A stretch of 64,000 nucleotides of DNA from Scenedesmus sp. PABB004 (GCA_014905635.1 JABVCE010000004.1:992001-1056000); one strand, 5' to 3'. Counted from the stretch's first letter, positions 50,849 through 63,259 are shown. Notes: generated by a model not told the origin, from the letters alone. Translations and numbers: made by a program.

Positions 50849-52009
50849 ATGGCGCTGCGATCGCTGCGCTCGCGCTGCTGCGCCGGCGCGCTGCGCTGGC
50901 AGCTGGCCGGCCAGGCGGCGGCGGCGGAGCAGCGGCCGGGCGCGGCGCACCCGCTCTTTGCGCAGCTGCTGGCCGGCCTGCGCCTGGCGTCGGGCGCGGC
51001 CTTCCAGCCCAGCCGGCTGTACCCGAAGCAGCACAGCGCGGGCGAGGCGGCGGCTTTCTGGGGGCTGCTCGCGCTGAACGTCGGCGCCGCGGCCGCCGCC
51101 AAGGCGGGCCCGCCGGAGCTGCGCGAGGCGCTGCTCACGCACGCGCGCGCGTCGGTCGACGCGCTGGCGGCGGGGCGCTGGCACACGCTGCTGGCGAGCG
51201 GCGTGGTGCACACGAGCGCGGTGCACTGCGGCCTCAACCTGCTGATGCTGCTGCTCTACAGACGCACGCAGCCGCTCAGCGCGCGCGAGGTGCGGCGCGC
51301 GCGCCCCGGCAGCGGCCGCCGGCGGCGACGCATGCGCGCCGGCGAGGCCCCGCGCGTCGCCGCCGCCGTCCGCAGCTGCTGGTGCTGTACGCGCTGGGCA
51401 GCCTGGCGGGCAGCCTCACGCACGTGGCGTGGTGCTGGTGGGACGCGTCAGGTGCGCAGGCAGCAGCCGCGCCGGCGGCCGCGCGCGCCGCATGGGCCTC
51501 CTCACCGCCCGCGCCGCCCCGCCGCGCGCGCCGCCGCCCCGCAGGCCCCGAGTTCGGGCTGCGCTACGCGGCCAACACGCCGGGCGTGCTCGGCGCGTCG
51601 GGCGGCGTCGCCGCGGTGTGCGCGTTCAAGGCCGCGCTGCAGCCGCTCGGCGTGCCGCACCTCGGCGTGCCGCTGCCGCTGCCGATCGTGCTCGCGACCG
51701 CCGTGTACTGCTGCACCTACGTCCGCGAGGCGGTGCGCGCGCGGGGACGGCGGGCGGCGCGGGCGCGCGGGCGCCGCCGCGGCGGGCGTGCGCGGCGCGT
51801 GCAGGGCGGGGCGCCGAGTGCCTCGTCGCGCCGAGGCTGACGCGGCGGCTGTCGCCGCCCCCCGCTGCGCCCGCCACATGCGCCCCGCGCCCCGGGGCGG
51901 GGCGGCGCAGGAATACAGCGACTACAGCGGCAAGTTTGGCGCAGCCGCGGTCGGCGTGCTCGCCGCGCTCTTCGCGGTCGGCGCGGGGCGGCGGCGCGTG
52001 TTGTGGTAG
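50849..52009 (+). CDS. Rhomboid-family membrane protein (catalytic His apparently absent)
   Basis: GRWHTLLASGVVH..HCGLN, LYALGSLAGS, VLGASGGV. Confidence 0.75.
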   Translation: MALRSLRSRCCAGALRWQLAGQAAAAEQRPGAAHPLFAQLLAGLRLASGAAFQPSRLYPKQHSAGEAAAFWGLLALNVGAAAAAKAGPPELREALLTHARASVDALAAGRWHTLLASGVVHTSAVHCGLNLLMLLLYRRTQPLSAREVRRARPGSGRRRRRMRAGEAPRVAAAVRSCWCCTRWAAWRAASRTWRGAGGTRQVRRQQPRRRPRAPHGPPHRPRRPAARAAAPQAPSSGCATRPTRRACSARRAASPRCARSRPRCSRSACRTSACRCRCRSCSRPPCTAAPTSARRCARGDGGRRGRAGAAAAGVRGACRAGRRVPRRAEADAAAVAAPRCARHMRPAPRGGAAQEYSDYSGKFGAAAVGVLAALFAVGAGRRRVLW

Positions 52010-52152
52010 CTAGCGTGGAGCTTCTGGGGGGGCTCGCTGCAACATGCGGGCCCGTGCGCAGGGCTCGACCGCAGGGCTCAAGCGGACACCGCGCCGCCGG
52101 CGCATGAAAGTGGGCCGCCGCCGCTCCGCTGCCCCGCCTTTTCTGCGTGTCC

Positions 52153-55100
52153 ATGATCAGGAGCACCCGACGCCTCGCGATGCTGGCCCGCAACGCCACC
52201 CGCGCCGCGGCGAGCCAGGTGCGACCGGCGCCCGCGGCGCCGACGAAGCTCCGCACCTCTCATTGGTCGCGCTCGTATCGCGCGCGCTCACAGGCGCGCC
52301 GCCGGCCGCAGGTGAAGCCTGGCGCCGCCGCCCGGGCGCTCCCATGCCTGCGCAGCAGCAGCACCGCCGCGCGCCCTGGCGTGGCGCGCAGTCTGCTCGC
52401 CGTGCCGCGCGTCGCGGAGCACCTGCAATCCTTTGCCAGCCGCCGCTCGGTCGCGGCCTCAGGTGCGCGGGCGGGGCCGGCGCGGGCGGCGGCAGCAGCG
52501 GAAGCCGCCGGAGTCTCCGCCGCGCCGCGGCAGCCGCATGGCGCTGCAGCGCGGCGGCCCGGATCGGGCGAGCAGTGCGAGGACCTCCCGGCGCCGCGCC
52601 GCCCCCGGCAGCGCCCCGCATGGCGAGCCGCCGGCCCGCACGGCCGTGCGCCCGCGCTGCCGACCGCCGGCCGCCGACCGCGCCCGCGCCCGCCGCTGCC
52701 CGCCCCGCCCCCAGCGGCCGTCGCCGCGGCGGAGGAGACCTTCACCTACCAGGCCGAGGTGCGCCGCGCCGCGCCCCGGCCGCCCCGCGCCGCAGCCACC
52801 GCGTGGCTGCGGCCGCACGCGCAGCCTTGCCGGCGCGGCCGCGGCGGCGGCCGGCGCGCGCTCACGCCCTGTGCTGCTCCGCCCCGCCTGCCGCCCCCGT
52901 GGGCGTGCAGGTTGACCGGCTGATGGACATGATCGTGAACAGCCTCTACTCCAACCGCGAGGTCTTCCTGCGCGAGCTCATCAGCAACGCGAGCGACGCG
53001 CTCGACAAGGTGCGCCGCCCCCCGCGCCCCGCGGCAGCGGCAGCCGCGCCGGCGGCGGCAGGCGGCAGCGGCAGCGACAGGCAGCAGCAAGTGCCCGCAT
53101 CGCGCATGGGGCGCTGTGGCGCGCGGCAGGCGCTCGAGCCCGCCGCCGCCCGCCGCCCGCCGCGTCGTGGTGCCGCAGGTGCGCTTCGTCGGCCTCACCG
53201 ACCCCAAGGCGCTGGAGGGGCGTGAGGAGCTGGAGATCCTCATCAAGGCCGACAAGGACGCGCGCACGATCACGATTGAGTGAGCGCCGCGCCGCGCCGC
53301 GCGCGCCGCCGGGGCGCCGGGCTGCAGCGCGCCGCGCGCGTTGCGTCGTGTGCGCGCCGCCGCGCGCGCCGCCCGCCGCTGGCACCGGCGGTGAGGAGAG
53401 AACCGATGACCAAATCACTCGCCGAACACAACCGCGTGTGGAACTCCTTTTCAGCCTTGTCTGAGCCGTGCCCCCGGGCTGGGCTGCGCGCGCGCGCGTG
53501 CCTTGCTGTGTCGTGCGCTTGCGCGTGTCGCGCCTCTCGTGCCGTGTGTGCTGGCGCGGGGATGACCAAACAACGAGTACCATCAAATTCCGACCAACCC
53601 GTGGCGGACTCCTTTCAGCCTTGTCTGAGCCCCAGCACACTCACCGCGTGTCGTGCTGCCTGCCTGCCCGCCTGCGCGCCCGTGGTGGCCCGCACGCCGC
53701 CGCCGGCCTGACCGCCCCCGCGCCGCGCCGCACGCCGCGCGCCGCCGCAGGGACTCTGGCATCGGCATGACGCGCGAGCAGCTGCTGAGCAACCTCGGCA
53801 CCATCGCGCGCTCCGGGACGCGCAAGTTCATGGAGGTGCGCCGCCCCGCCGCCGCCCCTGCCGCGCGCCGCGCCCTCCCTCCCGCCCGGCCCCCGCCGCC
53901 GCGCCGCGCCGCGCCGGGGCCGGCCGCGCCCCCGCGCGCACCCCCGCATCCCCGCACATACACACACACACTCACCCACACCCACGCCGCCGCACACGCC
54001 GCCGCCGCCGCTGCCCTGACCGCCCCAGGCGGTGAAGGAGGCCAAGGGCGACGCCAACCTGATCGGCCAGTTTGGCGTCGGCTTTTACTCGGCCTTCCTC
54101 GTCGCCGACCGCGTGAGCGTGGTGACCAAGAGCCACGAGGAGGACGCGCAGTGGGTGTGGCAGAGCAGCGTGGGCAGCCACCAGTACACGATCAAGGAGG
54201 ACGACGGCCCCGACCGCCTCGCGCGCGGCACGCGCGTCGTGCTGCACCTCAAGGCGCGTGGGGCTGGCCGTGGTTCAGGGTTCAGGGCTTAGGCTCGCGC
54301 ACACCCCGGCGGCTGGCGCGCCCCGCGCCCCGCGACGTCCGCGCGCTCACGCCGCCCAACACCGCCCCCTCCCGTGCCCCGCGCCGCCGCGCAGGAGGAT
54401 GCGGTGGAGCTGGCCGACCCGGTGCGCCTGGCCAAGCTGATCAAGCAGTACAGCCAGTTCATCCAGTTCCCCATCAAGCTCTACTCCTCGCGCAAGGAGC
54501 CCAAGACGCTCGTCGACGACGCCGCGACGGCGAAGAAGCAGGAGGAGGCGGACAAGGCCGCGCAGAGCAAGGGCGAGGAGAAGGCCGACGCGGTGCGTGG
54601 GCCCTGCCGCCGCGCCGCCCGCTGCCGCGTCCGCCCGCGTCCTCTCCCGCCCTCAACCCTCAACCCTGAACCCTGAACCCTGGCCCCAACCGCGCCTCGG
54701 CCCCCGCAGGTCGAGCCGGTGATGAAGACGGAGTACGAGGACGTGTGGGACTGGCGCGTGGAGAACGAAAACAAGCCGCTCTGGACGCGGGCGCCGCGCG
54801 ACGTGGCCGAGGCCGACTACAACGACTTTTTCAAGCAGGCGCGCGCGGCGCGGGGTTCAGAACTCGCTTTTTCTGTTGGGAGGGAGGGGTAGAGGAGGGC
54901 GGGCAGCGGGGCTGAGAGTGCGAGCGTTGAGCGGCCGCGCCCCCGCCCCCTGCGCGCCGGCGGCGCCGCGCCGACCCCGCCGCCCCCTCTGCCTGCCTGC
55001 CTCCCCTCTCTCAACGCAGACCTTTGGCGAGTTCCTCGACCCGCTCGCGCATGTGCACTTCAACGTGGAGGGCACGATCGAGTTCACGTCCATGCTCTTC

Positions 55101-57296
55101 ATCCCCGGCATGGCGCCGTTTGAGCAGCAGAACTGGGCCGCCAAGTCGCGCAGCATCAAGCTCTACGTGCGCCGCGTCTTCATCAGCGACGAGTTCGACG
55201 AGAACCTCATGCCCCGGTGAGGCACGGAGGCGCGCCGCCGCCGCGCTGGGCTCAGTGGCGCCCCGCCGCGCGGGCGGCTGCGGCCGGCGCGGCCGCGTCG
55301 CGTCGCGCGCCTCGCCGCGCGCTCCCCCGCCCACGCCTGCCTCCCCGCCCTCCGCCCTCCCTCTCCCTTCCCCTCTCCCTCTCCCTCGGCCTCCCCCTGG
55401 CGCCCTTAACCCTAAACCCTAAACCCTAGCTACCTGTCGTTCATCAAGGGCGTCGTCGACAGCAGCGACCTGCCCCTCAACGTGAGCCGCGAGATCCTGC
55501 AGGAGTCGCGCATCGTGCGCGTCATCCGCAAGCAGCTCATCCGGCGCAGCCTCGAGATGATCGAGGCCCTCGCGGCCAAGGAGGGCGGCGAGGACTACAA
55601 GACCTTCTGGGAGAGCTTCGGGCGCAACATCAAGGCGCGGCGGGCTTAGGGGCCGCGGGGGCGCGCGCCGCGGGGGCGCGCGCCGCGCGGCGGGGCAGAG
55701 GGCGGGGCCGGGCGGCGGGCCGGGGCGGGCGGCGGGGCGGCAGGGCAGGCGCCGCGCGCCGGCCCGGCGGCAGGGCGCGCGCCGCGCGCCGCGCGGCGGA
55801 GCCGGCCTCACGCGCGTGCGCGCGTGCCCGCGTGTGCGCGCGCGCAGGTGGGCGTGATCGAGGACACCGAGAACCGCGAGCGCCTGTCCAAGCTGCTGCG
55901 CTTCCACTCGTCCGTGAGCGAGGAGGGCATGACGGGCCTGGGCGACTACGTGGGCCGCATGAAGGACGGCCAGAAGGGCATATTCTACATGGTGCGGCGG
56001 ACGCGGGGGGAGGCAGGGAAAGAGGGAGGGGCAGCCGGGCAGGGGGCGAGGGGGGCAGAGAGGGAGAGGCAGGGTCCGCGCGCGGCAGCGCCCGCTCGCA
56101 GCGGCACACGCAGCGCGGCGCCCACGCCCGCGCGCCGCCGCGCCCGCGTCCGCGCCCGCACCCCCGCGCGCCGCCGCGCGGCGTTCTGCAGGCGGCCGAC
56201 AGCGTGGATGTCGCGCGCGCGGCGCCGTTTGTGGAGAAGCTCGTCGCCGACGGCTACGAGGTGCTCTACCTCACCGAGGCGATTGACGAGGCCGTGGTCA
56301 CCAACCTCGCCAAGTTTGGCGACGTGGAGCTCGTCGACGTGAGCAAGGAGGGACTCACCCTCGACAGCGACGACGCCGCAAAGGTGCGTGCGCGTGTGCC
56401 CGCGCGCGCCTGGGCTGCCGCCGCCGCCCCGCCGCCGCGCGGCGCTGCTGCCGCCGCGGCCGCCCGCGCCGCGTCGCGCGCGCAGCGCCGCGTCACGCGG
56501 CGCCGCCGCCGCCCCCGCTGCCGCCGCCCGCAGCTGGAGGAGGCGAGCAAGGAGCTCGGCGGCCTGCTGTCGTTCCTCAAGGAGTCGCTCTCGGACCGCG
56601 TCGAGAAGGTCACGCTCACGAGCCGCCTGCTCGACTCGCCGTGCGCGCTCGTGACGAGCAAGTTTGGGTGGAGCGCCAACATGGAGCGTATCATGCGCAG
56701 CCAGGCCATGGGCGACGCGCGCGCGATGGAGTACATGCGGGGGCGCAAGATCCTGGAGGTCAACCCGGGGCACGAGGTCGTGCGCGGCATCAAGGTGCGC
56801 GCGCGGCGGGGCTGCGGCGCGCAGCCCGGCACGCAGCCCGGCACGGCGCGCGGCACGGCGCGCGCCGCGGAGGCCCGCGCGCGACGCGGCCGCCCGCGCC
56901 GCGGCGCGGCCGCAGGTGCTGCTGGACGAGGACGACAAGGAGCGCGCGCGCGACCTCGCGGAGCTGCTGTACGAGACGAGCCTGCTCACGAGCGGCTTTG
57001 CGCTCGAGGCGCCCAAGGACTACGCGTCAAAGGTTTACACGCTCATGAAGATCGCGCTCGGCTACGACGCAGGCGACGCGCCCGCGGCGCCCGCGGCGCC
57101 CGCGGCGGCGGCGGCGGCGCAGGCCGCGCCCGCGGCGGCGGCGGCGGCGCCCGCGGCCGACGCGGCGGCGCAGCAGCAGCAGCCGGGGGCGGAGCCCGCG
57201 GCGGGCGGCGGCGCGGCGTCGGAGGCGGTCGAGGCGGACGTGGTGGTGGAGGGCAAGGGCGGCGACCCCTGGGGCGCCGGCGGCAAGCAGGCGTGA
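52153..57296 (+). CDS. HSP90C: Organellar HSP90 (HSP90C type)
   Basis: [86 protein letters not shown] and C-terminal DPW. N-terminal targeting peptide. Confidence 0.95.
53381..53472 (+). ncRNA. Intronic box C/D snoRNA 1 (D guide complementary to 18S rRNA GCAAGGCUGAAA)
   Basis: Terminal stem ggcaccggc/gccgtgcc; box C GTGAGGA 53391-53397; guide tttcagccttgt; box D CTGA 53461-53464. Confidence 0.8.
53546..53640 (+). ncRNA. Intronic box C/D snoRNA 2 (double guide, both to 18S rRNA)
   Basis: Terminal stem gtgtgctggcgc/gccccagcacac; box C GGGATGA 53559-53565; D' guide gtaccatcaaat before CCGA; D guide tttcagccttgt before CTGA 53625-53628. Confidence 0.85.
55403..55429. repeat. Telomere-like (CCCTAAA) repeats ending in a 3' splice site
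   Basis: cccttaaccctaaaccctaaaccctag|c. Related units at 54271-54293 and 54651-54682. Confidence 0.75.
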
Positions 57297-58113
57297 GCCC
57301 CGCGGGCTCTGCTGTGGGCCTGCCGCGGGGGCAATAACGCAGAGTCGGATCGGCGCTGCCGCGCGGGCTGTCGTCATGCTGTTGTCATGCTGCGCCGTGT
57401 GCGGTGCGAGGCGTGGGCGCAGCGCGCTGTACATGTGGTGATGCTTGCTGGCTGGCGCGGTGCGCGCGCGCGCGTTGACGTCCGAGCTGTGCGCGACGCC
57501 GCCGCATTGGCGGTGCTCCGCGGGGTGCCCAGTTACTCTCGGAACCCACTCGGACCCACGGTGGATCGGCCGCCCGGCTCCGCGAGCCCCGCCCGCAGCA
57601 CCTCCTGCCAGCCCGCCGCACCGCCATGGCCCAGGTCCCATGTTGTCACCCGCCCGCAACCCCTCGCTTGCCATGGAGTCATCATCAATCCACTCGGAGC
57701 CAAACGCGACGCCGCAGACAGTTGCAAATGTGGGATGCACAACGAACAGGGCAAGTGCTCGGGCAGGGTGCACGGTGCAAAGTTGCTCATTCATTGGCTG
57801 GGCGGCCGGGCCACAGGTCGTCGCGCCGCCCACCCCGCCCGCAGGCATGCGTCGGAAAAATCGATCAGCGCTGCCGCGCTGACACACTGGAGCAGGCACC
57901 CGCCGAGCGCCGTTCGGCGCCGGCGCCGGTCAGCAAGGCACGAGTGCGAGTCCGTGCACACGACGCACGCACTGCGTGCGCTGGCGACCCAGCAGCAGCG
58001 ACTGCCATTGCAAGTGCGCGTCTCATGTTGATCACGCGCGAGCTGCATGCGTTGCATTGCGAGGCACCACGCCAGCGGCGCCAGCACGGCGGCGCGCGCG
58101 CTGCGCCGCTCGC

Positions 58114-60056
58114 CTAGGAGACCCGCCCCGCGCTGGCGCCGCCGCTGACGCCGGCGCCGCTCGCGCCGGGCGTGAGCGTGCGCTCGCGCAGCAGCTGCGC
58201 CACGGCCCTGAACGTCAGCGCGGGGCCTGGGGCGTACGGACTCATCAGCACCTGCGCACGGCAGCGGCGGCGCGCGGCAGCGGGTCGGCGGCGGCGGCGG
58301 GCGCGCGGGGGCGGGCCCGGGCGAGGCGCGCGCACGCGCGCGCCGGCGCGGGCGCCGCGCGGCGCGCGCGGCGCGGGCGGCTCACGTGCAGCTTGGCGAG
58401 CTGGGGCCAGGTCATGCACCCGTACGCGAAGCAGCCGCCGTAGATGCGCAGCAGCATGTCCTGCGCGCGGTCGCCAGCGGCGGCTCACGGAGCTGCACGC
58501 GCCCGGAGGGAGGGAGCCACGCCGCGGGCTCGGTGCGCGCGCGCGCGCGCGCGCGCGCGCGCGCCCCACCTTTGCCAGCAGCTCCTTGAGCCGCCGCTCG
58601 CGCTGCCGCTGCTCCTCCAGCAGCTCCTCCCACGGTAGCGCGCCGCCGCCACCGCCGCCGCCGCCGTCGCCGCCGCCGCCGCCGCCGCCGCCGTCACCGC
58701 CCGCGGCGCGCGCGCCGCCGCTGCACTCCAGCGCGGCCATGTCGGCGACCTGCTGCTGCTGCAGCGCCGACATCTGCTGCATCACCGGCGCGACGAGGCG
58801 CTGCAGGATCTCCAGCCCCGCCGCGATGCGCTGCATCTGCTCCAGCGACAGCCCCAGCTGCCGCACCGCCCAGTCGTGGTGCTCCTGGCTCGGCTCGTGC
58901 AGCTTCTCCCCCGTCTCGGCGTTGGCCTGCGCGGCGCCCGGCGGCGGGCGCCGCGGCGGCGTGGGCGGGCGCGGCGTGTGCGCGGCGCGGGCGCCCCCGC
59001 TTCCGGCGGCGCTGGCTGGGCGTATGAGCGCTGAGGGAGGCAGCACTCACCACGACGTACTGGAACAGCAGCTCGGCCCGCCCGCTGAGCTGCAGCGTGA
59101 CCAGGCACTGGAAGTGGCGGCACATGATTTCTTGAATGCGCGCAATCGGCGGCGCGGCGCACGGCAGCGCGGGCCGCTCGCCGCCCGGCTGCGCGCCGTG
59201 CGCGGCGGTCGCCTCGTGCAGCTGCAGCTGCAGCGCGACCTCGCGGATGGTCGCTGCGGCGGCGGCGCGGCGCGGGCGTCGTGCGCCGGCCGCGGCGCGC
59301 CCGGCGCGGCGCGGCGCGCGCGGCTGCGGCGCGCCCGGCGCGGCGCGGCGCGGCCGGCGCGGCGCGCACCCGTGTAGTCGGCGCAGAGGGCGGGCAGGTC
59401 GATGGCGGCCGCGCCGGGGAAGGGCGGCATGCTGAGGAGGTGCTTGAAGAGCGCGAGGGGCTCGCGCGGGTGCGCGACCGTCGCGAGGCCGTGCTCCTCC
59501 CAGATGCTCGACTCGCTGCTCTCCCCGCTCGACGCCGGCGACGCGGCACCCGGCGGCTCGACCGCGTCGTAGGGCAGCGCCGTGAGCTGCTGGAGCAGCT
59601 CGAGCTCCGCGCTGCCTGCCAGCAGCGCGCAGGCGGCCAGCGGCAGCTCCGCAGCGCCGCCGCCGCCGTCGGCGCGCTGCTGCTGCCGCAGCCAGCCCAG
59701 GCTGTCGCACAGGGCCACCAGGAAGCGGTGGTGGTAATGCAGGCGCTGGTGCTCGTCCTGCGGCACACGGGCGGGCGGCCGGCGTCGGCAGCAGCGCCGG
59801 CGGCGGCAGCGCTCGTGGCCGCCGCACGCGCGGTGCGCCGGCGCCGCTGTCGCTGCAGCGGCGCCCCCGAGACGTCCACGCCGGGGAGGAGCGCCCCCGC
59901 GGCGTCCACGCCCAGGCAGCGCGCCCCGCGGCGCGCCTTGAGCCGGCGCAGCTCCGTGGCCTTGGCGCTCAGCGTGCCGGACAGCTTCTGGATGACCGTC
60001 TTGAGGCTGGTCTTCTTCCGCCGCCGCTCGGTGGTGTGGTTGATGAACACGGGCAT
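58114..60056 (-). CDS. bZIP-like family protein, diverged paralog D
   Basis: ERRRKKTSLKTVIQKLSGTLSAKATELRRLK, FLVALCDSL, NAETGEKLHEPSQEHHDWAVRQLGLSLEQ, CMTWPQLAKLHVLMSPY. These parallel copies A-C motif for motif. Confidence 0.65.
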
Positions 60057-60857
60057 CGCGCCGCGCGCGGGGGGCCCCTTCGCTCAAGACATCGTCTTGG
60101 CTAAGCGAGGCCCGGCCTCGCTGTGGGCGGCCCGCCGCGAGAACCTCCGAGCGACCGTGTCAGCCGCGACCGAGGGGCCGGGCAGGCACGCAGACGCGAA
60201 GCCGGGCCAGAGAGGTTCAGCGGACGGCTGAGTTCGCAGTGGGGAACGGCGCTGGGCGCGTGGTCGTGAGCTGCGCTGGTAGCGCGGTGGGCGTTGGGCG
60301 CGGGCCTGCGGCCGCGGCGTGGCCGGCGCCGGGCACGGGCGGCGGCGGCGGGCGAGCGGTGACGCGGCTGCGGGAAAGCAGTGACGCCGCCGGACGGGGA
60401 GTTTCCATACCCAGTTTGGGCTCGCTCAAAGTGCCAGCAAGATAGGACCACCGAGCGCGCGAGGCAGGGGCATCACGCGCCGCCGCGCGCGCACGACCGA
60501 GAGAGGGGTTAGGACCGAGCACGACCGAGAGAGCCGGTCGCCCCGGGCGTGCAGGTGCGCTGCTGAGTGCGGGCCAGCGCCAAGTGAGTGTGCAGTCCTG
60601 CGCGCGTGCAACCAACTCACCGACAAAAGCTCGGCCTGTGGGTTCAATCGCGTGCCCGGTTCACAAGGGCGCCGACTGCAGGTTGGCGCCAACGCGCTGG
60701 CGCCGCCGCACCCCAGGGAAGCGTCGCCGCACCCCTGAAATACGTCGCCAGTTGACCCGGAAATAGCGTGCCGATAACCGTTTTGGTCCGCCAAGTCGGC
60801 GCAGTCCGTTGAGTTTGCGCTCAAGGCCTATGCCCGCCGCCGCGGGCGCGACAAAGG

Positions 60858-62608
60858 CTACGGCTGCCGCTGCTGCGGCCGCCCGGTGCCGGCGGCGGCC
60901 TGCTGCTCGGCGTCCACCTTGTCTGCGACCATGGGGTACAGCACCCACGGCACCGTGAACCAGGGGTGCATGAGGACCTGCGTGCGCGGCGCCGGGAGGA
61001 GAGCGCAGGGTGGGCCGGCCGGCCACGGGAGCGGGCGCGCCGCCGCGCTGCGGCCGCGCGCGGCGAAGCGTGGTCACCGCCCGCCGGCGCTCACGTGCAT
61101 GCGGGTGATCTGCACCCAGGAGAGGCAGCCGAGGAAGTAGAAGGCGAAGCAGGCGTGCAGCGTGAAATCCTGCGCGATAGGCGTCTGGGCAGTTGAGGTG
61201 CTGCCGCGGGTGAGGAGCCGGCGGGCGCCGGCAGGCGACAGGCGGCCGCGCCGCGCGGTGCGGGTGCTGCGCGGAGCAAACCTTTTGCAGCAGCAGCTTG
61301 AGGCGTGCGGAGCGCTTCGCCTGCTGCTCGAGCAGGCGGCCGTGCGTGAAAGGCTGAGGCAGGCCGTCGACGGCCTCGTCGCCGCCGTCGGCGCTGCTGG
61401 CGCCGGCGCCGCCGTCCTGCTGCTGCGTCTGCAGCAGGCGCTGCTCCTCGCAAAGGTGTTGCCGCAGCCGCATGAAGATCTTGGCGCTGCTTGCAATGCG
61501 CTGCTCTTGCGCTGCCGAGAGCTGCAGCTGCGGGAGCACCCTGCGGCGGCAGCGGGCGTGTCTGGCCCTGCGCATGGCGGACGCACGGGCCGCGCCGCCT
61601 GGCAGGCGCGCGCCCACGCACTCACCACGCGTGGCGCTCCTTGCTGGGCTCGGTCAGCATCTCGCCGGTGACGACGTTGGTCTGCGTGCGTGCACGCACA
61701 GCCGGGCGGTCAGGCGGCATGGCAGAGCGCCCGGCGATGCCAGCTGGGTCTGCCAGCGGCTGCTGGCCTGCCGCGTGCAAGCGGCTTGGCGCGAGCCCTC
61801 ACCAGGCGCAGCACCGCCATGATGTCCGGGCGCACGAAGGAGCCCACCGCGATCATGCTCAGGCACTGAATGGCCACCCGCTGCAGCGGCACCAGCAACG
61901 CCGCCACCCGTGCGCCGCCCGGCTGCACCGCCGCCCCGGCGGCCTGGCCCGCGGTCAGCGCGTCAAAGTTGGCCAAGTGCGGCAGTAACTCGCGCTCCGC
62001 GGCTTGGGAAACCCGCTGCACGTACGCCAGTGTGAGGCCGGCTGGCGCCGGGCCGTCGTACGCAGCCAGCGCGCGGTGCAGCAGCCGCCAGGGGTCGTGT
62101 GCGGGCGCGCAGGGCCGCTGCGCGTGCGGCACGTCGCTGTCGTCGTCGTCGTCGGCACCGCTGCTGCTGTCGCCGGGCGGCGGCTCCGGCGAGCAGGGGG
62201 GTGCCGCCGGCCCGCCGTCGTACGGCACGCCGTCCAGCTCCTGCAGCAGTGCCTGCTCAGCGTCCAGGGCGAGCTCCTCCACCTCTGCGCCCATCAGGTC
62301 GGCCCCGGCCAGCAGCTGCCCGTGCTCGTCGCGCACGCGGCGCAGCGCGTCGCAGAAGCACACCAGCACGTGGTGCTCCTGCTCCAGCTGGCTGTGCTGC
62401 GCCTGCGGCAAGGTCGCCGCGGCGGCAGAGCAGCACGGCGCTGAGCTGCGGTTGCGCGCACCGCGGCTGGCGGGCGGGCACGCGACACGTGCGCCGCGCG
62501 CACCTCCAGCTGGTTGAGCTGGCGCCGCTTGGCCCACAGCGACTTTTTCAGGCGCCGAATGACGTCCGTGTCAGACCGCCGATGCGACACGACCTTGGCC
62601 AGATACAT
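60858..62608 (-). CDS. bZIP-like family protein, copy C (inverted duplicate of A)
   Basis: Same exon structure; upstream homology to 43240-43815 extends to about 63200. Confidence 0.65.
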
Positions 62609-63259
62609 CCTGCGTGGGGGCAGCAGAACGCGTGGGCGGCGGAGCTGCAGCGGGGCGTTCGGCGCAGCGGCGGCGGCTGCGGCCGTGCGGTGCCGCGCAT
62701 GTGACGGCCGCACCTGCCTGCTGCCCACCGTCACCAGCCTGCGCGGGCTTCCTGCAGGCTGCGCGCCGCGGGCGCGGCGGCACCGGCGGCAGCAGCAGCC
62801 TGCCGGCCGGCCCCGCTCAGCCCCCTGCTCTGCAGGCTGCTGTTGGCGGCTACAGCTGCTGTCGGGACGGAGCAATGAGCCTGGGGGTGCCTGGTTAGCG
62901 CTGCGGGCCACCGCGCGGGGGCGGCCGCAGGTTCGTCGCGAGCTGCGCGCGCTGGGCGCGCGCGGCTGCCTGCCGATGCGGTCGGCCTGAGCGCTGTGAC
63001 CGCGGTGGTGTTGAGCAGGGCGGGTAATCGTGCGAGTCACTCGACGGGCCAATGTGTTACGCGCTGAGCTTGGCAGGGCTGACGCGCGCGCCAACGCGTC
63101 GCCCGGCTCCGGCGCTTGGCCAGGAGCCTCACAACTGCTGTTCAAGTCGACTGCAAAAGGACTGGCATGCGGCGCTGCCGTGGCGGCGCCGTCCGCTCCG
63201 CCGAGCGCGGCGCGCCGGGCGGCCCACTCGCGCCACGGATGGCGCCCGTGTGCCCCGCC

